64,000 bases of DNA from a virus (IMGVR_UViG_3300028559_000034:4533-68532); one strand, 5' to 3'; counted from the stretch's first letter, positions 10,727-20,777 are shown. Numbers and translations: made by a program. The notes: generated by a model from the sequence alone, not told the origin.

Positions 10727-12598
10727 TTAGAAGGTAGTGTGTTCAGATCTATATTTATCGTAACGATTTGCTAACTCAATTAAAAATTTATTTCTAACTA
10801 TATCTTCGTTTTTAAATTCAAATATGTATAAATCTGCCATATCTTTTGTCATTCCTATAAAATCAATATAACCAGAATCTTTTTTTCTAACATCATATTG
10901 AGATGTATCACCCATCATGACAGCTTTAGAATCTTTACCGAGACGTGTTGCCCATAACATTAGTTGCTTTATTGAGGCATTCTGACAGTTATGAACTAAT
11001 ATATTTTCAACAAAATAATTATGATTACCATCAACCTCTATATTATATACATAATCCGTTTCGGAATTCTCTATATTTACTATATCAGTTGTTGATAGGT
11101 TTTCATTATATGATATTTTATATAAATTAATATCAAATTTATTAATATTACCGTTCATCTTGTAGGACATTGATGGAGGTATATAATTTGAGATTATACT
11201 AAACATTTTTAAAGAATTTATTCTATTTAAACATAATATAATGCCCTTTGATGTTTTGTAAATATTACTATCTAAATTGAATTTATTTTTCAATATTGAT
11301 GATAATATACTCACCTCTTCATGACTCATGGAATTGGTTGAGAATGTTACGCTTCCGCTTGATTTTGAAACGGATCCATCATCCATATACCAAATAGCTA
11401 AGGTTCTTTCTGTGAACCATCTATTAACTCCGCTACTTATAAATTTTTTTGACTCTTTGTAAATGGAGTTATAAAACTCATTTGATATATTTATTGATTT
11501 TGTTTGAAACCCACATTGTGCCTCTCCAGTATATCCGGATTTTAAAAAGTTTCTATATGATGATATTCCTTCAAAAATAGACTTTTTAAAATTCATATAA
11601 TCATATTGTTTAATAGAGTGATTCGTTGATAACCTATATGACTTTTTAACTTGTTTATTTGATAATAATGATGAATCACCTAAACACATTCCTAAAATTA
11701 TATCATATGAGTCATTTGTAATAATTGTTGAATTATTTGTACCCATTTCTTTATATCTACAAATACTATCACCCACTTTTAAATTATTAACCTCTGACCA
11801 TATAATTTCACCATCTTTAAAAACAGAAAATGGATGATTTTTTGTTGTTTTTATTGGTTTTAATTTATCTTTTGTGTATATTTTAGTTATATTTTTTATT
11901 CCATTTTCAAAAACACCAGTTACTTTTTTATTTTCCAAAATTCTCATTTCTTCATTCCAACTAGAAACATATACGTCTTTTCCAGATTTAAACATATTAA
12001 CAATATCTTTTATTCGAATGTAGTTAAAAGAACCCTTAGTACCGTGTTTTGTGACAACTCTCGTATCACCTGTAAAGCACTCGTCCAATAACATTACACA
12101 ATTATCATAAGTAGATCCTCTCATATAAGCGAGTGGTTCAAAAACTATAATCTCCGTAGCAAATAACCAATCAATTGTTGGTTTATCTAATATTTTACAA
12201 AAATTAGTATAATATGATTGTTTATATGGATCAGTTTTTTCAGAAATATTTCCGGGTAAAAGTCCAATTTGCTCGCCACTTTCCTGTATTGGCTTAGTAA
12301 TAATAATTTTATCTACTTTTTTATCAGCTAAAAGGGCTAAGGCAGTATAACAACTTGTAAATGTTTTAGAAGTACCAGCCGGACCGTGTACAACTGTTAA
12401 TGTATTATTTCTTATTCCTTTATATAAATCATTTTGTTTTTCGGTTAATCTAACATCATTACTTTGGAATGATTCCTTACTTAGAGAGATGGCCTTTTTT
12501 TGCCTTTTTTCTAATTCATGATTACGAACCTCATCTTGTATTTCTTTTAGAGCTTGCGTTTTAAGTGATACTTTATTTCTTTGAGATTGTCTTGCCAT
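10727..12598 (-). CDS. phoH: PhoH-family ATPase containing an intein
   Basis: Walker A variant GPAGTSKT, G.LPG, EPLAYMRGST, LLDE|CQN, TRLG...GD..QYD. Confidence 0.93.
   Translation of the reverse strand: MARQSQRNKVSLKTQALKEIQDEVRNHELEKRQKKAISLSKESFQSNDVRLTEKQNDLYKGIRNNTLTVVHGPAGTSKTFTSCYTALALLADKKVDKIIITKPIQESGEQIGLLPGNISEKTDPYKQSYYTNFCKILDKPTIDWLFATEIIVFEPLAYMRGSTYDNCVMLLDECFTGDTRVVTKHGTKGSFNYIRIKDIVNMFKSGKDVYVSSWNEEMRILENKKVTGVFENGIKNITKIYTKDKLKPIKTTKNHPFSVFKDGEIIWSEVNNLKVGDSICRYKEMGTNNSTIITNDSYDIILGMCLGDSSLLSNKQVKKSYRLSTNHSIKQYDYMNFKKSIFEGISSYRNFLKSGYTGEAQCGFQTKSINISNEFYNSIYKESKKFISSGVNRWFTERTLAIWYMDDGSVSKSSGSVTFSTNSMSHEEVSILSSILKNKFNLDSNIYKTSKGIILCLNRINSLKMFSIISNYIPPSMSYKMNGNINKFDINLYKISYNENLSTTDIVNIENSETDYVYNIEVDGNHNYFVENILVHNCQNASIKQLMLWATRLGKDSKAVMMGDTSQYDVRKKDSGYIDFIGMTKDMADLYIFEFKNEDIVRNKFLIELANRYDKYRSEHTTF
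10988..12079 (-). mobile_element. Intein (364 aa) with LAGLIDADG homing endonuclease
   Basis: Starts CFTGDT, block B TKNHPF, motifs ILGMCLGDS and LAIWYMDDG, ends VYNIEV...YFVENILVHN followed by Cys+1. Confidence 0.93.
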
Positions 12599-12647
12599 AT
12601 TAATCGACTTTTTATTGTATATATTCTTATCGATATGTGCCTAAACA

Positions 12648-12674
12648 AAAAAACCTCAAAAATTGAGGTTTTTT
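12648..12674. terminator. Rho-independent terminator hairpin
   Basis: aaaaaacctcaa-aaa-ttgaggtttttt at the 3' end of the 13608-12673 gene. Confidence 0.75.
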
Positions 12675-13608
12675 AAAAATCATCTACTGATTCTTCTTCT
12701 TGTTTTTCCAATGACCCATCATTTTGTATGAGTACATAGTCAAAATTGAAAAGATCTGAATTAGAAAGTATTCCTTTTTTATAATCTAAAAATTTAAATG
12801 TATCAATATAAGGATAAGTTGACATTTTCCAATTTTGCAATTGAATTTGTAATTTTAAATCCTTAACACCATCAGTGGTTATAAATAGTCTTCCTGATTT
12901 TGAAGATTGTTCAGATTTAAATATATATCCATTTTCAGTTGCCCATTGTTTAAAAGATGTTACTTCATGATCATAATAAGTATAGATTCTATCCATAACT
13001 TTATATGATTTTCCATCTTTATCAACAGAATTTTCCCACAAAAGAGCTCTAGCCCTTACCTTACCAGATTTTTCATCAATATGAACTAACATCTTAACCA
13101 AATCTGGATTTTCTGCATAAATATCCATAAATCTATTTTTATCACCATATCTCATACAGGAATTCCAAATAGTTCCACATCTATAACCATTAGGTGAAAA
13201 ATAATTATAATCTAAATACCATTTTTTAATTTCTGGTCCTGAAATAATTTTAAATTTACTAATATCATTATCAAAATAGCTTTTAAATAAATTAACAAAT
13301 TCTTCGATAAGACTATCATTTATATGATAACTTTGTAAAACTTCTTTTTTAATAAATTTTTTGACAAATCTTCCTATTTTTATTTCTGTTCTATATTTTT
13401 CTTCACTAAATCCATTACTCAATGATAATTTAGATTTAGGAACAAATGAAACAGTATCAAATTCATCAACTACTACTTTAATAAAATTTCCTTCATTTTT
13501 TATAAATGTTGAGCTCCCATTAAATAATAAATTAGATATTATATGAAGGTTTCTAGTATCTTCAATAAAGTTACAAAAATTTTCATCAAAGTTGAGTCTT
13601 TCAAACAT
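12673..13608 (-). CDS. Conserved phage protein with SCM motif; paralog of 30375-31571
   Basis: GTIWNSCMRY...IYAENPD.VKML...RALLW...MDRIY...YPYIDT; the same motif order occurs in the 398-aa ORF. Confidence 0.75.
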   Translation of the reverse strand: MFERLNFDENFCNFIEDTRNLHIISNLLFNGSSTFIKNEGNFIKVVVDEFDTVSFVPKSKLSLSNGFSEEKYRTEIKIGRFVKKFIKKEVLQSYHINDSLIEEFVNLFKSYFDNDISKFKIISGPEIKKWYLDYNYFSPNGYRCGTIWNSCMRYGDKNRFMDIYAENPDLVKMLVHIDEKSGKVRARALLWENSVDKDGKSYKVMDRIYTYYDHEVTSFKQWATENGYIFKSEQSSKSGRLFITTDGVKDLKLQIQLQNWKMSTYPYIDTFKFLDYKKGILSNSDLFNFDYVLIQNDGSLEKQEEESVDDF

Positions 13609-13620
13609 AATATATACTAT

Positions 13621-13833
13621 ATGAATTTTTTACTTGAGTTTAAGAATTATTATAAAGAAGGTGACATTGTTCTAATAGAATACTGGTATAACGGAATGAT
13701 AACGTGTGTAATGATAACTAACATAACTGGTAGAAAATACAAAGTTACTCATAATATTCCTCAATCGAAAATATTTAATGCTCCTGATGAAAATATAAAG
13801 TATTCTGATATTATAGATCATTTTAATCAATAG
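13621..13833 (+). CDS. Small SH3/KOW-like hypothetical protein (70 aa)
   Basis: ATG at 13621 (MNFLLEFKNYYKEGDIVLI) follows TAATATATA at 13608-13616; the track start at 13543 overlaps the divergent gene. Confidence 0.65.
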   Translation: MNFLLEFKNYYKEGDIVLIEYWYNGMITCVMITNITGRKYKVTHNIPQSKIFNAPDENIKYSDIIDHFNQ

Positions 13834-14995
13834 AATATAAAGAATTAATCATTACTTCATAAACATCTCTATCATTTGGATCATTTAAATCTAAATATTG
13901 TTCTTTTATAATTTCAATTTCTTCTCTAGAAATTGAAGTATTTAAAAACTTTTCTTTAATAGGTTCATACTTTGAAGTATAATCTATTCTTTCTTCTACT
14001 TCAAATCCTTTAACAACATTATTTCTAACATCTAATAATTCTGATCCATTGGCATAATAGATTTTATTAGTTTTTTTGTTACCACGTCTAGTTTTTTGTC
14101 TTTGATAATCATCATCATAATTATCATAATTATCATATTGATTGAAATTGGAATTGTTCCAAGTCCTATTTTTACTACTATTCCAAGATGTTGTTGTTGT
14201 TCTTCCACCATATTTAGATTTATTCCAATCATCCCACTTAGATTCTGTTTTGGTCATATCACGTCTAGTAGGAAGATTTTCCCAGTCGATGAAAAGACAA
14301 GCATTTGATAAATCTATAAGATGTTTAATATCTTGGTGTTCATTATGAGTATGTTCTAAATAATATCCAACAGAAATATTAGTACATTCTGGAATTACTG
14401 ATGTAAACTCAGCAGAATCTGTGTAAACTCCAGTATCATCTATTTTATAATTAAGTCCTCTTTTATTAAGTTGATTTGATAACTCTCTTCCAAATTCATC
14501 AGAACAAGTTCTTGTAAAAGATTGATGTGTAATAACTGATGTTGTACCTCTACGATCAAAAGAAATTATTCTATCATATAGACCTTTAACCTCTACGAAT
14601 TTTGCGGCAAGACCTGAACCAATACAACCTACTTCTTCACCAATAAAGAAATAATAAAGACCTGGTATATTATGTTTCATCATCCATAACATAATAGTAA
14701 CACCAGCTTTATCATCAGCACCAAGTATTGATGTTTTGTCAGTTCTAATAATATTTCCGTCAATGAAATGTTTTACTTTAGTTTGATTCTTACAAGCAGT
14801 ATCAAAATGGGATGCAAATATAGTTCTACTGTTACCTATTTTTAGAAAATAATTACCCTGACTATCCTTATTAAGTGATTTTGGTAATACTCCAATATCT
14901 TGCATTTCTACAACAAAATCATCTTCATATCCGTATGGATAAGTCTTAGATGTAAGCTTAAGGAATGTTGATTTTATAAATGTTTCTTTATTCAT
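13823..14995 (-). CDS. M28/M20-type zinc peptidase with low-complexity C-terminus
   Basis: SHFDT, LGADDKAG, GEEVG, SFDRR, YTDSA, NISVGY..EH metal-ligand motifs. Confidence 0.85.
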   Translation of the reverse strand: MNKETFIKSTFLKLTSKTYPYGYEDDFVVEMQDIGVLPKSLNKDSQGNYFLKIGNSRTIFASHFDTACKNQTKVKHFIDGNIIRTDKTSILGADDKAGVTIMLWMMKHNIPGLYYFFIGEEVGCIGSGLAAKFVEVKGLYDRIISFDRRGTTSVITHQSFTRTCSDEFGRELSNQLNKRGLNYKIDDTGVYTDSAEFTSVIPECTNISVGYYLEHTHNEHQDIKHLIDLSNACLFIDWENLPTRRDMTKTESKWDDWNKSKYGGRTTTTSWNSSKNRTWNNSNFNQYDNYDNYDDDYQRQKTRRGNKKTNKIYYANGSELLDVRNNVVKGFEVEERIDYTSKYEPIKEKFLNTSISREEIEIIKEQYLDLNDPNDRDVYEVMINSLYSID

Positions 14996-15003
14996 TATGA
15001 ATA

Positions 15004-15035
15004 CAAATATAAGTTAAAAATCTGTAATATCCAAA
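15004..15035 (-). promoter_or_regulatory. Bacteroidota-type sigma70 promoter
   Basis: TTTG (15035-15032), 20-nt spacer, TATATTTG (15011-15004), just upstream of ATG 14995. Confidence 0.75.
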
Positions 15036-15141
15036 TTTATATCAGAAATGTTATTAGACAAAGTTTTTATAACAAACCTAAATATAATAAAAATATAAAC
15101 AAACAGATAGATAAACAATATATATTTTAGATGTTCGCACA

Positions 15142-15201
15142 TCTTATGTCGAGTGTTCTTGTGACACTATTGAGAGTTTGAAAAGACTCAAAGATATAAG
15201 A
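15142..15201 (+). ncRNA. Candidate structured 5' leader RNA (three-way junction)
   Basis: P1 TCTTATGTC/GATATAAGA; P2 AGTGT/ACACT; P3 GAGTTT-GAAA-AGACTC; ends 20 nt before ATG 15222. Confidence 0.45.
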
Positions 15202-15221
15202 CTAAAATAAAAAGAATAACT

Positions 15222-16160
15222 ATGATAGTTAAACAAAAAAAAGGCACTAATTTGCCTAGTGCATGGATTGTAAATCCAAAAGACAAAGGCAGAAAATCAA
15301 TTAAAGGAGATAAAATATATCTCGATGATAATCAAGAATTTGAAATAGAAATTCAAAATCCACTAAAAGAATCTGTATTAGCTGATATCCGTTTAAACGG
15401 AAATTCAATTTGCAAAACTGGCTTAGTAATAAAGCCCGGACAAAGAATATATTTAGATTGTTTTGTTGATGATAAAAAGAAGTTTATATTTCAAACTTAT
15501 CAGGTAGACGGTACTCAAGAATCACTTGACGCAATTGTTGATAATGGATTAATGGAAGTTTTTTTCTATAAAGAACAAGCAGTAACTTTACAAAATTGGA
15601 ATGATAGATTTCATAAAGTAATAATTCACGAATATCATCCAGTTTATTATCCTGTATATCCAAAATGGTACACTAATTTTCCATACTATGGAACAACAGG
15701 TACAATAACAACAAGTTCAACAACAAATTCATTATATGGTGGTGTATTAAACAATGGAAGTTATGGATCATCTTTTACCAATTGTTCATTAACATCTGGT
15801 AGTAATTACTATAATTCACCAGTTGGTGGATCACTTGAGACTGGTAGAGTAGAGAAAGGTGAAAAATCTAATCAACAATTTGTTGACGTTGATATGGAGT
15901 TTGAAAAGAACTACATACACCACCTTGTTTATCAACTTCTTCCAAGTTCGAGAAAACCAAAAGACATAAATGATATTTCAAAATCTAAGAAGATTATGGA
16001 AAAGTTAAAATCAAATAAACCACAATTAAATGATATCTTAAAAAGAGAGTCAGAAGATGTAATTGAGTTAATAAAAAAGTTAGGTGATTTACATTCAGCT
16101 GGTATTCTAACAGATGAAGAGTTTTCAAATAAGAAATCAGAATTACTTAGTAAAATATAA
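15222..16160 (+). CDS. Hypothetical protein with C-terminal SHOCT domain
   Basis: C-terminus IKKLGDLHSAGILTDEEFSNKKSELL is SHOCT-like; beta-rich N-terminal domain. Confidence 0.75.
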   Translation: MIVKQKKGTNLPSAWIVNPKDKGRKSIKGDKIYLDDNQEFEIEIQNPLKESVLADIRLNGNSICKTGLVIKPGQRIYLDCFVDDKKKFIFQTYQVDGTQESLDAIVDNGLMEVFFYKEQAVTLQNWNDRFHKVIIHEYHPVYYPVYPKWYTNFPYYGTTGTITTSSTTNSLYGGVLNNGSYGSSFTNCSLTSGSNYYNSPVGGSLETGRVEKGEKSNQQFVDVDMEFEKNYIHHLVYQLLPSSRKPKDINDISKSKKIMEKLKSNKPQLNDILKRESEDVIELIKKLGDLHSAGILTDEEFSNKKSELLSKI

Positions 16161-16180
16161 AATTTATAAAGCGAAAATCT

Positions 16181-16209
16181 AAAAGAGAGTCATTTGACTC
16201 TCTTTTTTT
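16181..16209 (+). terminator. Rho-independent terminator
   Basis: aaaagagagtca-tt-tgactctctttt followed by a T run. Confidence 0.8.
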
Positions 16210-16220
16210 ATATATACTAT

Positions 16221-17621
16221 ATGAGATTAAAAAAGTATCTTCAGTTTATTAATGAGTCTTTAAATGACAATTCAACGTATTGGATTGATGAAGAACAAAT
16301 TAAAGATATTTTCAGATATATTACTGATGAAGGATATCCATTAAGTATTACAAAAGTATTTTTTGGCCATGTTGGATACTCAGATCATGGTCATAAGTAT
16401 CATAACCCAAATAAAAACTCAGAAGATAATAAATTAGTCTTGTTTGATATAAATCAAGATGATGTATTATTAAGAGGTGAGAGTTATATGCCTGGATACA
16501 GAATAGCAATTGTCATAAGCCAAGATAAAGGCGATGATATTACTGACGAATTTCAAAGTGCTGTCTCTCAGTTAAAAGGAGAGGGATATGTAATTGACAC
16601 AGTTGAAGACGAAGATGGTAAAACTAATTTAGAAAATATACACCTTTTGGATGGTTCTATTATAACCTGGATTCCAGAGACTCCAAATAAACCATTTACT
16701 ACTGATCCAGATGAAATGTCAGATGGTGATGTTTATATTAGTTCTTCTGAACTTGTTATTTCAATTCATCAACCAGAAGAGGTTAAATTCACCGAGAAAA
16801 TGTTGGCTGAAATTTATGAATGGAAATGTGACAGAATCGAAGGAGATAAAATATATTGTCATGTTGACATTGATGATATGGCAAGTTCAGTTCTTTCAAG
16901 AAGAGATTACGAGAGATGGGGCACAATGTTAGAAGAAGGTCTTGATATAGGAGACTATTATGGGGATGGATATTATCCAGATATAAGTAGTGTTTTCCAA
17001 TACACCTTAAAAAACGAAGCTGCTAAACTATTAGTCAAAGCAATGATTAAAGAATTAGGTGGATTAGAATCAACTCTAACAGAACTTGAAGGTGAGGAAA
17101 TCCATGAAAGTTTAACTGATAAATCTGAAGATGAGGTTATTGATATACTCCTAAAAGAAATATTTCGTAGAGGGTTAGATAAGTTAAGTAAAGACTCCGA
17201 GATAATGGGTACAGTTAGAGAAACTATATCAGATTGGGAAAGGCAGGCACATTGTGATGCAAATTGGGAAGAACTGATATCTGAATTTGATGAAGTTGTA
17301 TCCGAAGTAACAGAATATACTAAAAAATTTGATAAAGAAGTTGAAAGATACTATTTTAATAAAATTCCTGGTACTGAAAATAAAGAAAAAGTCTACTACA
17401 AAACTAATGTTACACACTATGAATTACCATTTCAAGATAAGTGGATTGAAGATTATGGTAAATCATTAAAAGGATACTCACTTGATGCTTTATTTAAAGA
17501 GTGGTGTTCAGATTCTTATCAAGACTACAAATTAGAGCCAAGATTTGGTGACTATGGTCACGTTGACTCTGATGATCTTAACAAAGAGATTATATCAATA
17601 TTAAACTACAATTTAAAGTAA
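16221..17621 (+). CDS. Acidic hypothetical protein with leader MRLKKYLQFINES
   Basis: ATG 16221 follows TTTATATATA; the track start at 16194 lies inside the terminator. Confidence 0.75.
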   Translation: MRLKKYLQFINESLNDNSTYWIDEEQIKDIFRYITDEGYPLSITKVFFGHVGYSDHGHKYHNPNKNSEDNKLVLFDINQDDVLLRGESYMPGYRIAIVISQDKGDDITDEFQSAVSQLKGEGYVIDTVEDEDGKTNLENIHLLDGSIITWIPETPNKPFTTDPDEMSDGDVYISSSELVISIHQPEEVKFTEKMLAEIYEWKCDRIEGDKIYCHVDIDDMASSVLSRRDYERWGTMLEEGLDIGDYYGDGYYPDISSVFQYTLKNEAAKLLVKAMIKELGGLESTLTELEGEEIHESLTDKSEDEVIDILLKEIFRRGLDKLSKDSEIMGTVRETISDWERQAHCDANWEELISEFDEVVSEVTEYTKKFDKEVERYYFNKIPGTENKEKVYYKTNVTHYELPFQDKWIEDYGKSLKGYSLDALFKEWCSDSYQDYKLEPRFGDYGHVDSDDLNKEIISILNYNLK

Positions 17622-17804
17622 TCCTAAAGTTCCTTTAGCCGCAAGATACTGTTTTTCTGAAAGAACTTTATATTCCTTATTACCAAGAGTTTCTTTTTTA
17701 CAGTATTTGGAAGCAAGACTTTTTTTCAAGGAAATAAGAAAGGCGTTCTCACCTTCATATTTCTTAATCAATTTATTAAGTTCGATTTTTTCTGAGATTT
17801 CCAT
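17613..17804 (-). CDS. Hypothetical protein (63 aa)
   Basis: ORF with its own host-type promoter. Confidence 0.7.
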   Translation of the reverse strand: MEISEKIELNKLIKKYEGENAFLISLKKSLASKYCKKETLGNKEYKVLSEKQYLAAKGTLGLL

Positions 17805-17808
17805 AACA

Positions 17809-17839
17809 CAAATATAGAAATAATTATTGAATATTCAAA
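17809..17839 (-). promoter_or_regulatory. Bacteroidota-type promoter
   Basis: TTTG (17839-17836), 19-nt spacer, TATATTTG (17816-17809). Confidence 0.7.
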
Positions 17840-18393
17840 TAATCTTTCATTTGTTGAATCATATATTCAGTTATCACATCAGATGCATTTATTGAGTTTA
17901 AATATTTAACATCAATTTTTACAGATTGACTTTTTTTCTCAGCCAATGATCCATCACCTTTAGCAATAACCTCATGATATTCTCTTTCTGTTAATTGAAT
18001 TATACAAGGGTGATATTTAGAAGAATGTGACTTTGAAACGAATAATGGTTTCATAAATTCTATTTTATATTCTGGACTAACAACAATTCCAGCTTCTTCT
18101 TCTAATTCCCTAAGAATTGCTCTTTCAGGAGACTCTCCTGATTCAATACAACCACTTAAAATAGTAACATGAAAATCTTGACCATCAACATATTTAAATG
18201 TAGGAATATATTCATGTCTTAGTATAATTTGATTCGAATCTATAAGATATGGTATACAAACTACAAAATCTGATTCTTTAATTATTGTCCAATCCTCATA
18301 GTTGATAACTTTCATATACTTATTTGAAAATAATATATCATCTTTATCTTCCTTAAATTCTGATTTTGGCTTTAATTTTGTAAATTTTTCCAT
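17824..18393 (-). CDS. NUDIX hydrolase (ADP-ribose pyrophosphatase-like)
   Basis: Nudix box GCIESGESPERAILRELEEEAG. Confidence 0.9.
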   Translation of the reverse strand: MEKFTKLKPKSEFKEDKDDILFSNKYMKVINYEDWTIIKESDFVVCIPYLIDSNQIILRHEYIPTFKYVDGQDFHVTILSGCIESGESPERAILRELEEEAGIVVSPEYKIEFMKPLFVSKSHSSKYHPCIIQLTEREYHEVIAKGDGSLAEKKSQSVKIDVKYLNSINASDVITEYMIQQMKDYLNIQ

Positions 18394-18449
18394 AAAAATA
18401 AATAATCCTTTTCTGTATATATTAGAAAAGGATTATTTAAATTATTTAT

Positions 18450-19211
18450 TTACTCAGAATCAGAGGAAGAACTTACTTTTCTATCCATCAACATAGGAAG
18501 AACTTCTTTTTCGTAATAAGAATCAAAACCCTCAAGCATCGATGAAATACTTGTTCCGGTATCAAGACCAATAACTTCATCAATCAATCCAAATTTTAAT
18601 GCTTCATCAGAATTATACCAACGGTCACGACGAGAGAACTCCAACACTTCATCAAATGTTTTACCACAATTCTTTGCTAACATTTTGAAAAGAACATAAT
18701 TATATTTTTCGGCCTCCATTTGATTTATACGAGTGTCTTGAACATTACCTTGATTTCCGTGACTAAGTTGGTGTGTCATAACTTTTGAAAAAATCAAAGA
18801 AGATCTTTTACCTTTAGTTCCAGAACTAAGTAATACTGAACCCATACTTGCACACATCCCAATATTGATTGTTGCAACGTCAGAGCTTATATAATTCATT
18901 AGATCAACAATTCCAAGTCCACAAAGAACTGAACCACCTGGCGAGTTAATATAAAGTGAAATATCTCTCTTCTCAACAGAATCAAGAAAAAGCAATTGTG
19001 CTTGAACAATATCAGACATATGTTGGTTTACTGGACCAGATACCCAAATTATTCTATCTTTAAGCAACCTACTAAAAACATCCATTTGTGTAACATGCAT
19101 TTGTCTTTCTTCGAGAATATAAGGTGTTAATGAGTTTTCAAACCTATCAAGGTTAAGTGATGATATCCCTTCACTAAGGGCAAATTTTTTAAATTCTGTT
19201 CCTATATTCAT
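18450..19211 (-). CDS. clpP: ATP-dependent Clp protease proteolytic subunit
   Basis: MDVFSRLLKDRII, QLLFL, YINSPGGSV, CASMG (catalytic Ser), MTHQ (His), RDRW..A..FGLID. Confidence 0.95.
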   Translation of the reverse strand: MNIGTEFKKFALSEGISSLNLDRFENSLTPYILEERQMHVTQMDVFSRLLKDRIIWVSGPVNQHMSDIVQAQLLFLDSVEKRDISLYINSPGGSVLCGLGIVDLMNYISSDVATINIGMCASMGSVLLSSGTKGKRSSLIFSKVMTHQLSHGNQGNVQDTRINQMEAEKYNYVLFKMLAKNCGKTFDEVLEFSRRDRWYNSDEALKFGLIDEVIGLDTGTSISSMLEGFDSYYEKEVLPMLMDRKVSSSSDSE

Positions 19212-19258
19212 AATTATTAATTTTAATAAAGATTATAGGTTTAATTTAATGAAAGTTT

Positions 19259-19415
19259 TTAGAGATTGGTAAATTTACTTTTTGAAGTATTTGGAGATAC
19301 TTTTGTATTTTCTAAAAATTGTTTATATAAAAAGATAGTACTTGATTATCCTATCAGAGTAGTTTAAATATTTCAATTTTTGATTACAAATTTCGTAATA
19401 ATCTGTTTTTTTCAT
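19259..19415 (-). pseudogene. Internally deleted, frameshifted tyrosine recombinase remnant
   Basis: Reads MKKTDYYEICNQKLKYLNYSDRIIKYYLFI*, then KQFLENTKVSP and ILQKVNLPI in other frames; resembles the N-terminal SAM-like domain and C-terminal tail of integrases (recognised from memory). Confidence 0.45.
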
Positions 19416-19434
19416 ACGTGAAATATATAATCTA

Positions 19435-19787
19435 GTTAGTGATAATAATTATAATGTATCAATAATATCTTTCATTCTTTTAACACAGGAAAAGATTTTC
19501 CCAAAATATTCTGCTCTTTCATTTTCATCCATATGTTCCCAATTATCCCACTCATCTCCAAAATATCCATAAGGAAAATCTGGATTAGAATCATCTTTTT
19601 CTGAAATATTCCATCTCATTTTAGGCAATTCAGATATTATTGATTTTAATTTTTTAATATTACTAACATCAGATATATTCAATTCTGAGTTTTCGTTAAA
19701 TCTCTTAATTCTATTGTTCTCCATAAGTTTCGTTTTTCAATTTAAGTTTATATATTAAATCTCAGAACTAAATACGTTAGTGATAAT
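19435..19787 (+). repeat. 12-bp direct repeat GTTAGTGATAAT flanking one gene
   Basis: Exact copies at 19435-19446 and 19776-19787. Confidence 0.75.
19449..19724 (-). CDS. Hypothetical protein with leader MENNRIKRFNENS
   Basis: 91-aa ORF; TAATATATA at 19749-19757. Confidence 0.75.
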   Translation of the reverse strand: MENNRIKRFNENSELNISDVSNIKKLKSIISELPKMRWNISEKDDSNPDFPYGYFGDEWDNWEHMDENERAEYFGKIFSCVKRMKDIIDTL

Positions 19788-19835
19788 TAATACACTTCCT
19801 CTTTAATAAAAAGGGTTGTTTTTAAAATTAAATTT

Positions 19836-20240
19836 CTAATATCCAAATCTATCATCAGAATTCAAAAGATCATCAAATTCATCTTCTGGTAAATAATCAA
19901 ACTCCCCAATAATAGTATTAACAACACTAAGTGCTCTATCATAATTTGAATAATTATCTAAAACTTCAGATAATATATCACTCATTTCCTTTAAGGATTT
20001 TGCTGATAAATCTTTAATAATAGACTTAATATCCATAACCTCGTATGGTCCTTTATCATCAAAACTATAACTACCAAACATCTCAATAGCAGTATCGATT
20101 TTTTTCATTATAGTATCTGTTAATTTATTTACAGAAATAGATTTTTGACTTTTTCTGCTTTCTATTTCAGATAGTAAAGCATCTGTTGGTACATCTTTTA
20201 GGAAATTACTCCAACTTTTTATATGTGTTTTATTTTTCAT
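19836..20240 (-). CDS. Hypothetical protein (leader MKNKTHIKSWSNFL)
   Basis: 134-aa acidic ORF. Confidence 0.7.
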   Translation of the reverse strand: MKNKTHIKSWSNFLKDVPTDALLSEIESRKSQKSISVNKLTDTIMKKIDTAIEMFGSYSFDDKGPYEVMDIKSIIKDLSAKSLKEMSDILSEVLDNYSNYDRALSVVNTIIGEFDYLPEDEFDDLLNSDDRFGY

Positions 20241-20281
20241 TTTTTATATATTTAAATCTCCGATAGTATAAACAATAAAAT

Positions 20282-20503
20282 TTAATTCCACAACCTCCAC
20301 CAAAAACTTTTGTTCTTTCTTTCTTGTTCAAGTTGTTCAACATATTTCATTAATTTATCTATATTGTATGTTTCACCACCTATATTGTAATTATCACAAT
20401 CACCTAAACAACTTCTATAAGTTATATGTAAATCATTATCAGAACAAAAGTTTTTTATCTGTTCTCTAAATTGTGTTCTAAATCCACCCGATATTGTTAC
20501 CAT
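20282..20503 (-). CDS. Hypothetical protein (73 aa)
   Basis: ORF in a co-directional run. Confidence 0.65.
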   Translation of the reverse strand: MVTISGGFRTQFREQIKNFCSDNDLHITYRSCLGDCDNYNIGGETYNIDKLMKYVEQLEQERKNKSFWWRLWN

Positions 20504-20525
20504 ATTTAAACTAGTAATTTTTTAA

Positions 20526-20768
20526 TTATTTTTTAATTATCATAAAATTATGATGCTCAAGATATTCTATATTATTTATTAGTTTATCCACTTCTAAAAA
20601 TTCTTTAATGTCTTCTATCTCTTTAAACCTACCTTCTCTAATCCAGTTGTTACCATAACCACCGTTCATAGATATCTTGTGTCCTAATTCGTAAAATAAT
20701 TTATCACCATCAGAGATTTGTTTAATATCTCTCATTGGTATCATGTTTGGTAAAATTTGGGTAATCAT
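20526..20768 (-). CDS. Hypothetical protein (80 aa)
   Basis: ORF in a co-directional run. Confidence 0.65.
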   Translation of the reverse strand: MITQILPNMIPMRDIKQISDGDKLFYELGHKISMNGGYGNNWIREGRFKEIEDIKEFLEVDKLINNIEYLEHHNFMIIKK

Positions 20769-20777
20769 AATTTCTTT

